From NCBI GenBank assembly GCA_030704795.1, contig JAUYCZ010000028.1:19202-83201 (forward strand): a DNA stretch of 64,000 bases. The letters are read 5' to 3'. Position 1 is the first letter of the stretch; each line of letters starts with the position of its first letter. Made by a program: the position numbers and the translations under genes. The notes under the pieces are model-generated. The model searched no databases and had not been told where the DNA came from. It saw only the letters and a list, made by a program, of their open reading frames with translations. This document shows, piece after piece, positions 27,057 through 35,682 of this stretch. This DNA is from a bacterium (GTDB taxonomy: Bacteria > Patescibacteriota > Minisyncoccia > Minisyncoccales > GWA2-46-15).

Positions 27057-27566
27057 TTAAATTAGCCACAGCATCAGCAGGGCCGTCAGCGAGAGAATTA
27101 TTTCTAAAAAGACATTGGCTTTGGCTTTTTGGAAATAGTCTTTGAAGAATGAAAGCTTAAAGGCCCCCGGGTCTTTGCGCCGGGGGAATTTTACCCGAGG
27201 ATACAGCCAGGTAATCTGCGGCTCCCGGCTGATGCCTTGAAGTTTTAATCGATAAAGCCAAAAACCAGCTTCGTCTAAAAGCAAATGGAGAAGCAGGCTT
27301 AATAAAATTAGAATCTGGCCCGTCGGCGAGAGGTTGCCCCCGACGATAAAAATAAAAATTAACCAAAGGATGAAAGCGCCCAAAGGCGTATGGCTGATTA
27401 GGTCATGATGGCTCCTTTTCAAAAAGTTAGCCGACAGCAAGTCAAAATCAAGAACAATACTGGCGGCCAAAACCACCAAGGTTTCTGCCCCGGAAATATT
27501 AAAACCGGCCAGTTCAACCGACTTGACCAAAATATAAGAAGCGGCAATGTGTCCCGGCGGCAGCAT
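27057..27566 (-). CDS. Membrane-bound metal-dependent hydrolase (YdjM/DUF457-like)
   Basis: MLPPGHIAASY and HHDLISHTPLG His clusters between TM segments. Confidence 0.5.
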   Translation of the reverse strand: MLPPGHIAASYILVKSVELAGFNISGAETLVVLAASIVLDFDLLSANFLKRSHHDLISHTPLGAFILWLIFIFIVGGNLSPTGQILILLSLLLHLLLDEAGFWLYRLKLQGISREPQITWLYPRVKFPRRKDPGAFKLSFFKDYFQKAKANVFLEIILSLTALLMLWLI

Positions 27567-27568
27567 AG

Positions 27569-28423
27569 CTAGTTTTTCTTTGCCGCGTGTCCCCTCTCAA
27601 AATAGATAGTGACGGGCAAATGATATTTTTTTGATAATTCTTCAATTTTCTTTTCTGCCTGGTTGTAAAACTCGAAAAACTTTCTAGGATTAAACATCGT
27701 TTCCTTAAACTCTGGCAAAAGTTTCGGGTAATATTTTTTGAGAACCTTTTCCACGCCGGTCCAGTTGCCACCAATCGTATTAAAACTTTCGGTAAAAACG
27801 CGGCTGATACCGGCCTTTTTAAATTTTTTAAAAAGCTTTTCCGGGTCGGTAAAAATCGGCCAGTATGGACCCATCATAGCAAAAACCTTAATGCCGGCCC
27901 TGGTTAATTTCTGGGCGGCTTCAAATCTTTGTTGGATTGTCGGCGAGAAGGGTTCGGTCAACCTTTTCCATTTTTCGTCCAGAGTATTAATAGTGAAATT
28001 AACGTCAACTTTTTTAAACTGCTTTAAAATATCAAGGTCTCTGATAACCATTGATGATTTGGTCAGAAGGCTGACGGGATTGTCGTAACCATTAAGGACT
28101 TCCAAGATTTGCCTGGTTAGTTTATATTTGCCCTCCATCGGCTGGTAAGGGTCGGTGACCGTGCCGATATAAATCTGCTGGCCGCGGAACTTTAAAGATT
28201 TTATCTGCCTTGCCAAAACCTCGGCGATATTGATTCTGGCGTCAACAAAGCTGCCCCATTCTTCCTGGTGTCCGGTGAACCTTTTCATAAAGCGAGCATA
28301 GCAGTAAGCGCAGGCGTGCGAGCAGCCGACATAAGGATTGACGGCCAAGCCGCCGCCGGGAAAGCCGCATTTGCCCAAGGCGGATTTACATTGAATTTCT
28401 CTGATCTCTAATTTTAGGGTCAT
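27569..28423 (-). CDS. Radical SAM protein (SplB/DNA-repair-photolyase-like family)
   Basis: CSHACAYC CxxxCxxC cluster. ATG at 28423. Confidence 0.65.
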   Translation of the reverse strand: MTLKLEIREIQCKSALGKCGFPGGGLAVNPYVGCSHACAYCYARFMKRFTGHQEEWGSFVDARINIAEVLARQIKSLKFRGQQIYIGTVTDPYQPMEGKYKLTRQILEVLNGYDNPVSLLTKSSMVIRDLDILKQFKKVDVNFTINTLDEKWKRLTEPFSPTIQQRFEAAQKLTRAGIKVFAMMGPYWPIFTDPEKLFKKFKKAGISRVFTESFNTIGGNWTGVEKVLKKYYPKLLPEFKETMFNPRKFFEFYNQAEKKIEELSKKYHLPVTIYFERGHAAKKN

Positions 28424-28484
28424 CTTTAAGAACAAAACTAATTGGTTCGTCCACGATCGTAGCTGAACCTGATATTTAAATATT

Positions 28485-29228
28485 TTAAGAGAAAATGGTC
28501 AATGAGGCCATAATGCCGACGCCCAAAAGCATCAGAAGCATTTGCCAAAGAGAGGTTGAGGGTTTTGATTCTTGGTGCAGCTGCGGCAGAAGATCCGAGC
28601 CGGCCAGATAAAGAAAGCCGCCGGCGGTAATGGGCAACAATATCAAAGAAAAGCCCTCGAGGCGGGAACCGACGGCTAAAGTAATAACGGCGCCCAGAAT
28701 GGCGGTCAGAGCCGTTAGGAAATTAAAGAGAAGAGCCTTTTTGGCCGTCAGGCCCGAATGGATCAGGATGCCAAAATTGCCCAATTCCTGAGGGATTTCA
28801 TGGAAAATGACGGCCAGAGTCGTCGCCAAGCCCACCGGCAGGCTGACCATGAAACTGGCGGCCACCAGCATGCCGTCAATGAGGTTGTGGATGGCGTCGC
28901 CAATCAGGCTCATAGCGGCAAAAGACCGGACGTGTTCTTGGCAATCGATTTCGTGACAGTGCTGCCATCTCAAGAATTTTTCCAAGACGAAAAAAAGAAG
29001 AATTCCAAAGATGACCAGAAGCGATGTTCCCAGGTTGAGCCCCAACTTCTCAAAAGACTCGGGCAATAAGTGAATCAGGGCGTCGCCGAAGAGACCGCCC
29101 ACGGCAAAACTGACCAAGAAAAGAGAAATTTTTTTTATCTTTTCCTCCTTCAGGGCTAGGGCGAAAACGCCGATCAAGGAAATCAGGCTGATAATGGCGA
29201 CGCTGACGAGTGAATAAATCCAGATCAT
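28485..29228 (-). CDS. ZIP-family metal transporter
   Basis: HEIPQELGNFGIL signature and a His-rich loop HCHEIDCQEH. Confidence 0.8.
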   Translation of the reverse strand: MIWIYSLVSVAIISLISLIGVFALALKEEKIKKISLFLVSFAVGGLFGDALIHLLPESFEKLGLNLGTSLLVIFGILLFFVLEKFLRWQHCHEIDCQEHVRSFAAMSLIGDAIHNLIDGMLVAASFMVSLPVGLATTLAVIFHEIPQELGNFGILIHSGLTAKKALLFNFLTALTAILGAVITLAVGSRLEGFSLILLPITAGGFLYLAGSDLLPQLHQESKPSTSLWQMLLMLLGVGIMASLTIFS

Positions 29229-30347
29229 TTATTTTTCTGTACCTCGGGCTTCTCGGATATTATGAAAGCCGTCTCTTTTCAAAAATTGCACCAAACCGCG
29301 ATTAATTTCGCCGATGAGTTGCGGGCCCTCAAAAATCATTCCGGTAATGAGCTGCAAAAGTGAAGCGCCGGCTTTAATTTTTGTATAGGCGTCGGCGGCG
29401 GAAAAAATACCGCCGCAGCCAATAATAATATATTTAGCGCCGGTTTTTCGATAAATGAAGCGGATTTGAGCGTTGGATAACTCTTCTGTTGGCTTTCCGC
29501 TCAGGCCGCCTTTTTCCGGCACCATCTTGTCATATATCTTTGGAGCACCTCTTTTTTTAGTAAGATTGCCGCAGATAAATCCATGAATACGGTGGTTCTC
29601 ACATACTTGGAGGATAGCGTCAATCTGTTTTTCACTTAGATCAGGGGACATTTTTAAAAAGATGGGTTTTTTTGTAGAAATGGCGTCGATGGCTGAAAGA
29701 AGACGATCAAGTCGGTCTGGTTCGGTGAAAGGTTCGCCGCCAAAAGCATTCGGGCAACTGATGTTGATGGTAAAATAGTCTCCGATATCAACAAGTTGGC
29801 AAAACGCCCTTAGATAGTCGTTAATTCCGGCCTCGGTCTCAACCGTGACCGGACTATTAGTTTTAGCGATACTTGTTCCCAAAGGAATTTTGAATTTTTT
29901 TGAGCGTAATCGGTCAGCTATTTTTTCGCATCCCTCATTCTTTAATCCGTAATAGACAACCAGGGCGCGCGATTCTTTCAGGCGCCACAACCGTGGTTTT
30001 GGATTACCCGGGCACGGTTCACCGGTAATGGATCCTACTTCCGCAAATCCAAACCCAACGCAAGGAAGAATATCGGTGAGGAGGGCATCTTTATCAAACC
30101 CGGCGGCCAACCCGACCGGATTAGGAAAATATATTCCGAGGAGATTTTGTTCTAGCGTCGGATGGGTAAAAGAGAATGACAGCGATGTTATTTTTCTTGT
30201 AATCGCAAAGCGTCCAAGAAACTCGCCTACCCGTGTCATGGTATTATGAACTTCTTCCGGATCGCGGCGAAAATAAATAGGTCTTAATATATTGGCGTAA
30301 AAAAGGTGAAATAATTTGTTTCGCGCCGCTATCGTCAAATTATTCAT
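29229..30347 (-). CDS. pyrD: Dihydroorotate dehydrogenase
   Basis: FPNPVGLAAGFDKD, active-site loop NISCPN, and GGLSGKP. ATG at 30347. Confidence 0.85.
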   Translation of the reverse strand: MNNLTIAARNKLFHLFYANILRPIYFRRDPEEVHNTMTRVGEFLGRFAITRKITSLSFSFTHPTLEQNLLGIYFPNPVGLAAGFDKDALLTDILPCVGFGFAEVGSITGEPCPGNPKPRLWRLKESRALVVYYGLKNEGCEKIADRLRSKKFKIPLGTSIAKTNSPVTVETEAGINDYLRAFCQLVDIGDYFTINISCPNAFGGEPFTEPDRLDRLLSAIDAISTKKPIFLKMSPDLSEKQIDAILQVCENHRIHGFICGNLTKKRGAPKIYDKMVPEKGGLSGKPTEELSNAQIRFIYRKTGAKYIIIGCGGIFSAADAYTKIKAGASLLQLITGMIFEGPQLIGEINRGLVQFLKRDGFHNIREARGTEK

Positions 30348-30357
30348 AGCGAGTACG

Positions 30358-30930
30358 TTATAATCCAGATTGACTGTCTTCAATTGGATTTTCTTTCATT
30401 TTTTGGAGGATAAGGTTTTTTAATTCCTCTGCATTTTGTTTTTTGAGACCAGGAAGACTTACTTTATTCCCCGAAGATCCTAAGCTCTCTCCTTGCCCAT
30501 AAGCATTGGATTTAGAACCGTAGCTTTTATTCCACCAATGCGCCTTATTATCACCACCCGCCTGTGAGGCATTTTCAATTCTCAAAGAAGCCAGTCCAAA
30601 AATACGATCAAATAAATCCTGCTTCACAAAAACATTTTGTATCACGCCATAAGGTAAATTTCTTTGCTTTTTTGATATGACGCCTTGTTTGACGTGAAAG
30701 TATTTATCATCCAATGAATAGTGAAAATTTGCCCGAATCAAGGAATTTGCAATTAACATTATGGGTAAAGCCAAAACGAGGTATGGGAAATAATATCCAA
30801 AAAATAATGCCACCACGTTTATCAAAATTATAATGATAGGAGCTTTAAAAACCCAAAGTTTTGTTATTGGATAATTTTTTTCCGTAATAACATTACTATT
30901 TACTGTCATTGTTTGTGGTAAATTTTCCAT
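30358..30930 (-). CDS. Bacterial PH-domain (bPH_2, YdbS/YdbT-like) membrane protein
   Basis: Two TM segments, then GVIQNVFVKQDLFDRIFGLASLRIE. Confidence 0.65.
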   Translation of the reverse strand: MENLPQTMTVNSNVITEKNYPITKLWVFKAPIIIILINVVALFFGYYFPYLVLALPIMLIANSLIRANFHYSLDDKYFHVKQGVISKKQRNLPYGVIQNVFVKQDLFDRIFGLASLRIENASQAGGDNKAHWWNKSYGSKSNAYGQGESLGSSGNKVSLPGLKKQNAEELKNLILQKMKENPIEDSQSGL

Positions 30931-30935
30931 ATTTT

Positions 30936-31493
30936 TTATTGATTAATTTGGCTATTAGTATTTAAATTTTGACCTCTGTTTTTACTAATTTTTTGTTGTA
31001 TTGTTTCGAGCAACATTTTTCTCAAACCATCTGCTGCTGGTTTTTCAACGCCGTCTATGTGGGCTTCCATTCCAGAAGAAATTGTTGCACTAGACAGATG
31101 AACATCATAAAGACCAAAAATTCTATCGAGCAAGTCCTGATCAACATAAATATCTTGCACCCTCTCATAGGGAATTGTAATTTCCATCGGAGTTATCGGA
31201 CCCTTTTTTATGATTATGAAATCATTTGTTAAATCATAAAAATAAACTGCGTAATACCAGCGCTGGTAAAGATAGACCACTAAAATTATGATAAACATTA
31301 AACCAAAAATCCCAACCGTTGCTATTCCTAAATAACCACTCGCTTCAGTTTCTGAGCTTAAGGCAAAAGCAAGAACTCCCCAAATAGTGAGTAATAAAAT
31401 CGCCCAAACTAACGTACCCATGACTGTTTTCTTCAACACCTTTTTTGTGCTTAATGGGAATTTATCCCTTGTTTCACTTTGTGCTATTTTCAT
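30936..31493 (-). CDS. Bacterial PH-domain (bPH_2, YdbS/YdbT-like) membrane protein
   Basis: Two TM segments, then ERVQDIYVDQDLLDRIFGLYDVHL. Paralog of the neighbouring gene. Confidence 0.65.
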   Translation of the reverse strand: MKIAQSETRDKFPLSTKKVLKKTVMGTLVWAILLLTIWGVLAFALSSETEASGYLGIATVGIFGLMFIIILVVYLYQRWYYAVYFYDLTNDFIIIKKGPITPMEITIPYERVQDIYVDQDLLDRIFGLYDVHLSSATISSGMEAHIDGVEKPAADGLRKMLLETIQQKISKNRGQNLNTNSQINQ

Positions 31494-31617
31494 ATTTTTA
31501 TCTTTGAAAATTAGTTAAATTAATTTTTATTAACGACTTTACTTGCAATTTACTCCCCCTCCCCGGCACTTTTGCAATAATTATATGACATTACACCAAA
31601 ATTTCAAATAAATCAAG

Positions 31618-31644
31618 ATTCGGCGGCGCGTCGCGCCGCCGAAT
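31618..31644 (-). terminator. GC-rich hairpin 3' of tRNA-Glu
   Basis: ATTCGGCGGCGCG/CGCGCCGCCGAAT stem, followed on the minus strand by CTTGATTTATTT. Confidence 0.6.
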
Positions 31645-31677
31645 TGGTCGGGGAAAAATCTGAAAGTTTGATATTAA

Positions 31678-31749
31678 TGCCGCTAACCGGAGTCGAACCG
31701 GTGTTCTCAGCTTGAGAAGCTGATGTCCTGACCACTAGACGATAGCGGC
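31678..31749 (-). tRNA. tRNA-Glu (CUC)
   Basis: Acceptor GCCGCTA/TAGCGGC, anticodon loop TTCTCAA, T-arm ACCGGTTCGACTCCGGT. 72 nt. Confidence 0.85.
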
Positions 31750-31801
31750 AGAAGAGCTGCCCGGTCATTTCTGTCCGGGCAGTCTATCGGATTTAGCGGG
31801 G

Positions 31802-32029
31802 CTAGGCGGTGACGACGGCGCCGGCGGGCAGGTCGTGAATTTGCCAGCGATAGCGAATATTGTCAATGTCGGCGTGTTGAATGCCGATATCCATGACGAC
31901 GTCGGTTTTCCGCATGTTGATTGTCGCGTCGTTGTCGGCATAGCGGCAGCCGGAGAACATTCTCCAAACGCCGATCCGTGCGCCCAAGACGACGATACCC
32001 CACCATTTTTCGAGCCAGATAACCTTCAT
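31802..32029 (-). CDS. GC-rich orphan protein (75 aa)
   Basis: GGAGGTG RBS (32035-41) 5 nt before the ATG. Hairpin CTGCCCGG/CCGGGCAG (31757-31782) lies after the stop. No motif recognised. Confidence 0.5.
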   Translation of the reverse strand: MKVIWLEKWWGIVVLGARIGVWRMFSGCRYADNDATINMRKTDVVMDIGIQHADIDNIRYRWQIHDLPAGAVVTA

Positions 32030-32103
32030 GGTTACACCTCCTTTCCTTGTGATGGCTCTAATAAGATTCTTCTTGTTATCCCACCCTTAAAGGCAAAAGT
32101 CAA

Positions 32104-33789
32104 CTATTGGTAATCCGGGGGTATTTGCCAGATGTCAATAATGTATTTGGCCAAATCGTGGAAGATCGGCAGGGCGGAATATTCTGCCGTTTTGGCTTGA
32201 GGATTATCCAGCTTGACCAGGATCAAGAATTTGGGATTAAAGGCGGGAGCAAAACCAATAAATGACTGGATGGTTTTGTCCGAGTAGCCGGGCTTAGTCA
32301 CGCCCAGAGCCCCCCAGGAAACCTGGGCGGTGCCGGTTTTGCCGGCGACAAAATAACCGGGAATCTTCGCCTTTTTACCAAAGCCGTTTTCGACGACGCT
32401 CGTCATCATGGAAACAATCTGGGAACTGGTTCTCGGAGAAATAATATTCTCGGTGACCCCAGAAGAGGTCGCGGGAGAGATTTTCTGGCCGTTTCTGTCA
32501 ATGATTTCTTTGACGAGATGGGGCTTAACCAGCCGGCCGCCGTTGGCCAGGGCCGAAAAGGCGCGGATCAGCTGGATGGGAGTGATTTCTATTCCTTGGC
32601 CAAAAGCGGCCGTGGCAAAGTTTATCTCATATCCCTTTTTAAATTCTTTGTTCTGGGAAAAAACCTCGCCCTGAAGCTCAATATCGGTTTTAGTAAAGAA
32701 GCCGAATTTCTCGAGATATTTTAAAAACAGTTCGGATCCCAGCTGCTGCTCGGCAAAAACGGCTCCGGTATTAATTGATTTTTCCAGGACCTCGGTCATC
32801 GTTCTTTTGCCCCAGGTTCTCCGGTCATAGTTATAAATTGGCGTCTGGCCGATCCGGACGACGCCCTCATCGACATAGGTTGTTTGAGGCGTGATTTTCT
32901 CTTCTTCAATGGCCGCGGCCATGGTCAGGGGCTTGAAGACCGAGCCCGGTTCAAAGATCTTTTGGATCGCCGGGTTTTGGAAGATCTGCAAATCTTTTTC
33001 CTGTCCGTAGTTGTTAGGATCAAAATTAGGATAGCTGGCTAGGGCCAATATCTCTCCCGAATCGGGCCGGACCGCAATAATGGTCCCGCTTTCAAACTCT
33101 AGATTTTCTTTGGCCTTGGCCAGCAACTTTTCTGCCTCAAATTGAATTTGGTAATCCAGGGTTAAGACCAGATCGCTCCCCTTTTCCATTTCGTTGGGAG
33201 AGGAAAAAGAAATTAAGAACCCTTGAGCGCCTCTTTCTCCTTCTAAGGTGCCCTCTTTTCCTACCAGGACATCCTGATAAAAGCCCTCTAATCCATATTG
33301 GCCCTGTTTTTCTGAATCAACAAAGCCAACGGTTTGCGAAGCTATCGTACTTTGAGGAAAAACTCTGACTCTTTCTTCGCCGATGTAGATTCCGGCTATC
33401 TTTAGCCTTTGCAGTTTTTCCACTTCGGCGTCGGTCGCCTTATTTTTAACAAATTCGTAAGGGCTGTCTTGGCTCAATTTTTCTTCGACTAGAATTTCGT
33501 CCAGATTCAAGATTTGGCTCAAAGCCTTTTTGGCTTTATCCGGTTCTTTGATTTCCCGGGGCGAGACGTAGATAGATTTACGAACAGAGCTTGTGGCCAG
33601 AACTTGGCCGCCGGCGAAAAAGATCTCACCCCTTTCTCCGGCGCTGGCTGAGAAAAACTTTTGCTGGCCCTGGGCCAGGGCCCGATAATAACTGCCTCGC
33701 CAGACCTGAAGATAAAATAAACGACCGATGACGGTCGTTCCAAGCAAGATTAAGAAAATCAGAATGAGGCTGATTCGGTAACCTTTCAT
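32104..33789 (-). CDS. ftsI: Penicillin-binding transpeptidase (FtsI/PBP2-like)
   Basis: SVFKP (SxxK), SIN (SxN) and KTGT motifs. The start at 33789 (MKGYRISLILIF) overlaps the ftsL stop as ATGA. Confidence 0.85.
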   Translation of the reverse strand: MKGYRISLILIFLILLGTTVIGRLFYLQVWRGSYYRALAQGQQKFFSASAGERGEIFFAGGQVLATSSVRKSIYVSPREIKEPDKAKKALSQILNLDEILVEEKLSQDSPYEFVKNKATDAEVEKLQRLKIAGIYIGEERVRVFPQSTIASQTVGFVDSEKQGQYGLEGFYQDVLVGKEGTLEGERGAQGFLISFSSPNEMEKGSDLVLTLDYQIQFEAEKLLAKAKENLEFESGTIIAVRPDSGEILALASYPNFDPNNYGQEKDLQIFQNPAIQKIFEPGSVFKPLTMAAAIEEEKITPQTTYVDEGVVRIGQTPIYNYDRRTWGKRTMTEVLEKSINTGAVFAEQQLGSELFLKYLEKFGFFTKTDIELQGEVFSQNKEFKKGYEINFATAAFGQGIEITPIQLIRAFSALANGGRLVKPHLVKEIIDRNGQKISPATSSGVTENIISPRTSSQIVSMMTSVVENGFGKKAKIPGYFVAGKTGTAQVSWGALGVTKPGYSDKTIQSFIGFAPAFNPKFLILVKLDNPQAKTAEYSALPIFHDLAKYIIDIWQIPPDYQ

Positions 33790-34130
33790 CTGGTTACCAC
33801 CGTTGTTCCGGGCGATTGGATAAAGCTGACCATTTCTACCTTCTCGAGGTTTAAACTCTGGATCTGTTTTTCCAGATTGAAGAGAGTGTTTTCTTTCAGA
33901 TCCAGGATGGTCAGTCGTTCGTTCTCTTTTTTGAGGTTCGTTGACCTGTTCTGCAAATGTTGAAGTTGATAGGTTTGAGCGACAACTTGGCCGTTTTGCC
34001 AAAGCCAGGAAAAAATCATTAAAACGATGGCGGTAATACCGACCGACAAGATAAGGCCCGCCGATATTTTGAGAGAAATTCGTGGAAAAGAAAGGATTTT
34101 TATCTCGTCGGGAAAGGTTGAAACATTCAT
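33786..34130 (-). CDS. ftsL: Cell-division protein FtsL-like
   Basis: Single TM segment plus coiled coil, positioned between rsmH and ftsI. Confidence 0.55.
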   Translation of the reverse strand: MNVSTFPDEIKILSFPRISLKISAGLILSVGITAIVLMIFSWLWQNGQVVAQTYQLQHLQNRSTNLKKENERLTILDLKENTLFNLEKQIQSLNLEKVEMVSFIQSPGTTVVTR

Positions 34131-35008
34131 ATTTTTATTCCGGCTCTTAATTTAGCTGATCTTGAGCGCGGATTATTTTTTATCTCTTCGACGCCGGCCA
34201 TGACCGGTTTTTTGGTTAAAATTTTTAATCTTCCCGGCTGAGCCTTACTTTCCTGAGCTAAAAAGCTTTTAACGATTCGATCTTCTAAAGAGTTGAAAGT
34301 GATGACGCAGATTTTTCCTCCTTTATTCAAAACTTCCAGAATTTGAGGCAAGGTCCTTTCTAAATTCTCTAATTCGCGGTTGACGGCTATTCTCAAAGCC
34401 AGAAAGATTCTGGTGGCCGGGTGGATCCGTCCTCCTTCATAGCTTGGGGGCAATATTCTTTTAATGATCTCGGCTAATTGCCAGGTCGTTTCAATCGGTT
34501 TTCTATTCCTAAGGGAACAAATGGCGGCGGCCATCTTCGAGGCAAATCTTTCTTCTCCGTACTCTCGGAAAATCCTTTCTAGCTCGGCCGCCGGCCAGTC
34601 GTTGATGATATTCGCCGCCGTTAATTTGCTTTTGTCGCCGTCGAGGCGCATCATCAAAGGTTCATTCCGGAGAAAGGAGAATCCTTTTTGGGATTCTTCC
34701 AGATGCCAGCTGGAAATCCCTAAATCCAGAAGAACTCCCGAGATCGGCCCGAACTTTTTCTCTTTAACTATCTCTTTTAAATTGACAAAATTATCATTGA
34801 CGACGATCAGTCTTTGGGTTTTCCTCGCCAGCAATCTTTGATAAAGATCATTGTCTGCTTCCAGTCCCAAGATTTTTCCCCGCGGGGCGATTTTCTCCAG
34901 AATAGCAAGACTGTGTCCGCCTTCGCCGAAGGTGCCGTCAATGAAGTTTTCATTCGGCTGAGGGTCGAGGTAACTCATTACTTCTTTTAAAAGGACAGGA
35001 ATGTGCAC
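34127..35008 (-). CDS. rsmH: 16S rRNA (cytosine1402-N4)-methyltransferase
   Basis: HIPVLLKEV, DGTFGEGGHS and DLGISS motifs. Confidence 0.9.
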   Translation of the reverse strand: MHIPVLLKEVMSYLDPQPNENFIDGTFGEGGHSLAILEKIAPRGKILGLEADNDLYQRLLARKTQRLIVVNDNFVNLKEIVKEKKFGPISGVLLDLGISSWHLEESQKGFSFLRNEPLMMRLDGDKSKLTAANIINDWPAAELERIFREYGEERFASKMAAAICSLRNRKPIETTWQLAEIIKRILPPSYEGGRIHPATRIFLALRIAVNRELENLERTLPQILEVLNKGGKICVITFNSLEDRIVKSFLAQESKAQPGRLKILTKKPVMAGVEEIKNNPRSRSAKLRAGIKI

Positions 35009-35012
35009 GGCT

Positions 35013-35444
35013 CTAAATACCTAATTCTTTCAATCTCTCGGCAATGTCGCCACCGGCTTCTTCGGTCTTGTCTTTGTATTCCTTCCATTTCGCTTCGTCC
35101 CAGACCTCTAAACGATCGTTGACGCCGGCAATGACGACTTTTTTATTAAGACCGGCGTATTCCTTGAGAAAGTCCGGTACCAGAATCCGTCCCAGATTGT
35201 CCAGGGTAACTTCCATGGCGCCGGTGAGCATCAGCCGAGTAAAGCCTCTGGCATCGGCTCCGGACAAGGGTAATTTACTGATCTTTTCCACCAGTGTTTC
35301 CCAGGCCTTAACCGGATAAACGGACAAGCAGTTGTCTAGGCCCCGGGTGATGACGGCCTTTTTGCCCAAAGACTCGCGCATTTTTACGGGAATGGCCAAT
35401 CTTTTCTTTTCGTCAATTGAATAGGTGTATTCGCCGATGAACAT
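35013..35444 (-). CDS. mraZ: Transcriptional regulator MraZ
   Basis: The MFIGEY start and two SpoVT-AbrB halves with DEKKRLAIP / DNLGRILVP. Confidence 0.9.
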   Translation of the reverse strand: MFIGEYTYSIDEKKRLAIPVKMRESLGKKAVITRGLDNCLSVYPVKAWETLVEKISKLPLSGADARGFTRLMLTGAMEVTLDNLGRILVPDFLKEYAGLNKKVVIAGVNDRLEVWDEAKWKEYKDKTEEAGGDIAERLKELGI

Positions 35445-35449
35445 CTTAG

Positions 35450-35477
35450 TTATCCACTGTTTACCACACTTATCCAC
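35450..35477 (-). promoter_or_regulatory. Putative MraZ operator: three direct GTGGWWAA boxes with a 10-bp period
   Basis: The minus strand reads GTGGATAA-gt-GTGGTAAA-ca-GTGGATAA (35477-70, 35467-60, 35457-50), between the promoter and the mraZ ATG. Confidence 0.55.
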
Positions 35478-35496
35478 AGGCTATCCTCTATTCCCC

Positions 35497-35525
35497 ACTA
35501 TAAGCCATTGAAACACCCTCGTCAA
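35497..35525 (-). promoter_or_regulatory. Putative Pmra promoter
   Basis: Minus strand TTGACG (35525-20), 17 nt, TATAGT (35502-497). Confidence 0.55.
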
Positions 35526-35582
35526 TCACGAGGGAATAAGGAATTTTTCCACAGATTGTTAACACCCGGTAATGCAACTTAA

Positions 35583-35615
35583 AGACCCGACCTTGTATCC
35601 GTTAAGGTCGGGTCT
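35583..35615 (-). terminator. Hairpin downstream of the Clp-like gene
   Basis: Perfect 12-bp stem AGACCCGACCTT/AAGGTCGGGTCT. The T tract is short. Confidence 0.5.
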
Positions 35616-35636
35616 TGAGTTTAAGGGTCGGGTTTA

Positions 35637-35682
35637 AGAACCTCGCTTCGCAAGAACCTTAATTCTCGCTGAAGCTCGAATT
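35637..35682. repeat. Family-3 repeat copy (intergenic)
   Basis: Its reverse complement AATTCGAGCTTCAGCGAGAATTAAGGTTCTTGCGAAGCGAGGTTCT aligns with 56969-57016 at roughly 80% by eye. Confidence 0.55.

Noticed and set aside
32104-34002. Long N-terminal extensions implied by the ORF track for ftsI (72 extra residues), mraZ, pyrD, def, the radical SAM gene, the HD gene, dnaX and the MFS-Nudix gene.
   Set aside because: The extended starts overlap upstream genes, and those I checked (mraZ, pyrD, def, radical SAM, MFS-Nudix) use GTG or TTG. Internal ATGs give canonical N-termini (MKGYRISLILIF, MFIGEY, MKLEIRIY and others) and tidy gene junctions.
35450-35550. A cluster of DnaA-box-like sequences (TTATCCACA, TTATCCACT, TTTTCCACA) that could suggest a replication origin.
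   Set aside because: Read on the mraZ strand, they are three direct GTGGWWAA repeats with an exact 10-bp period, lying between a promoter and the mraZ ATG. That is the expected MraZ operator layout. There is no dnaA or dnaN nearby and no AT-rich unwinding element.
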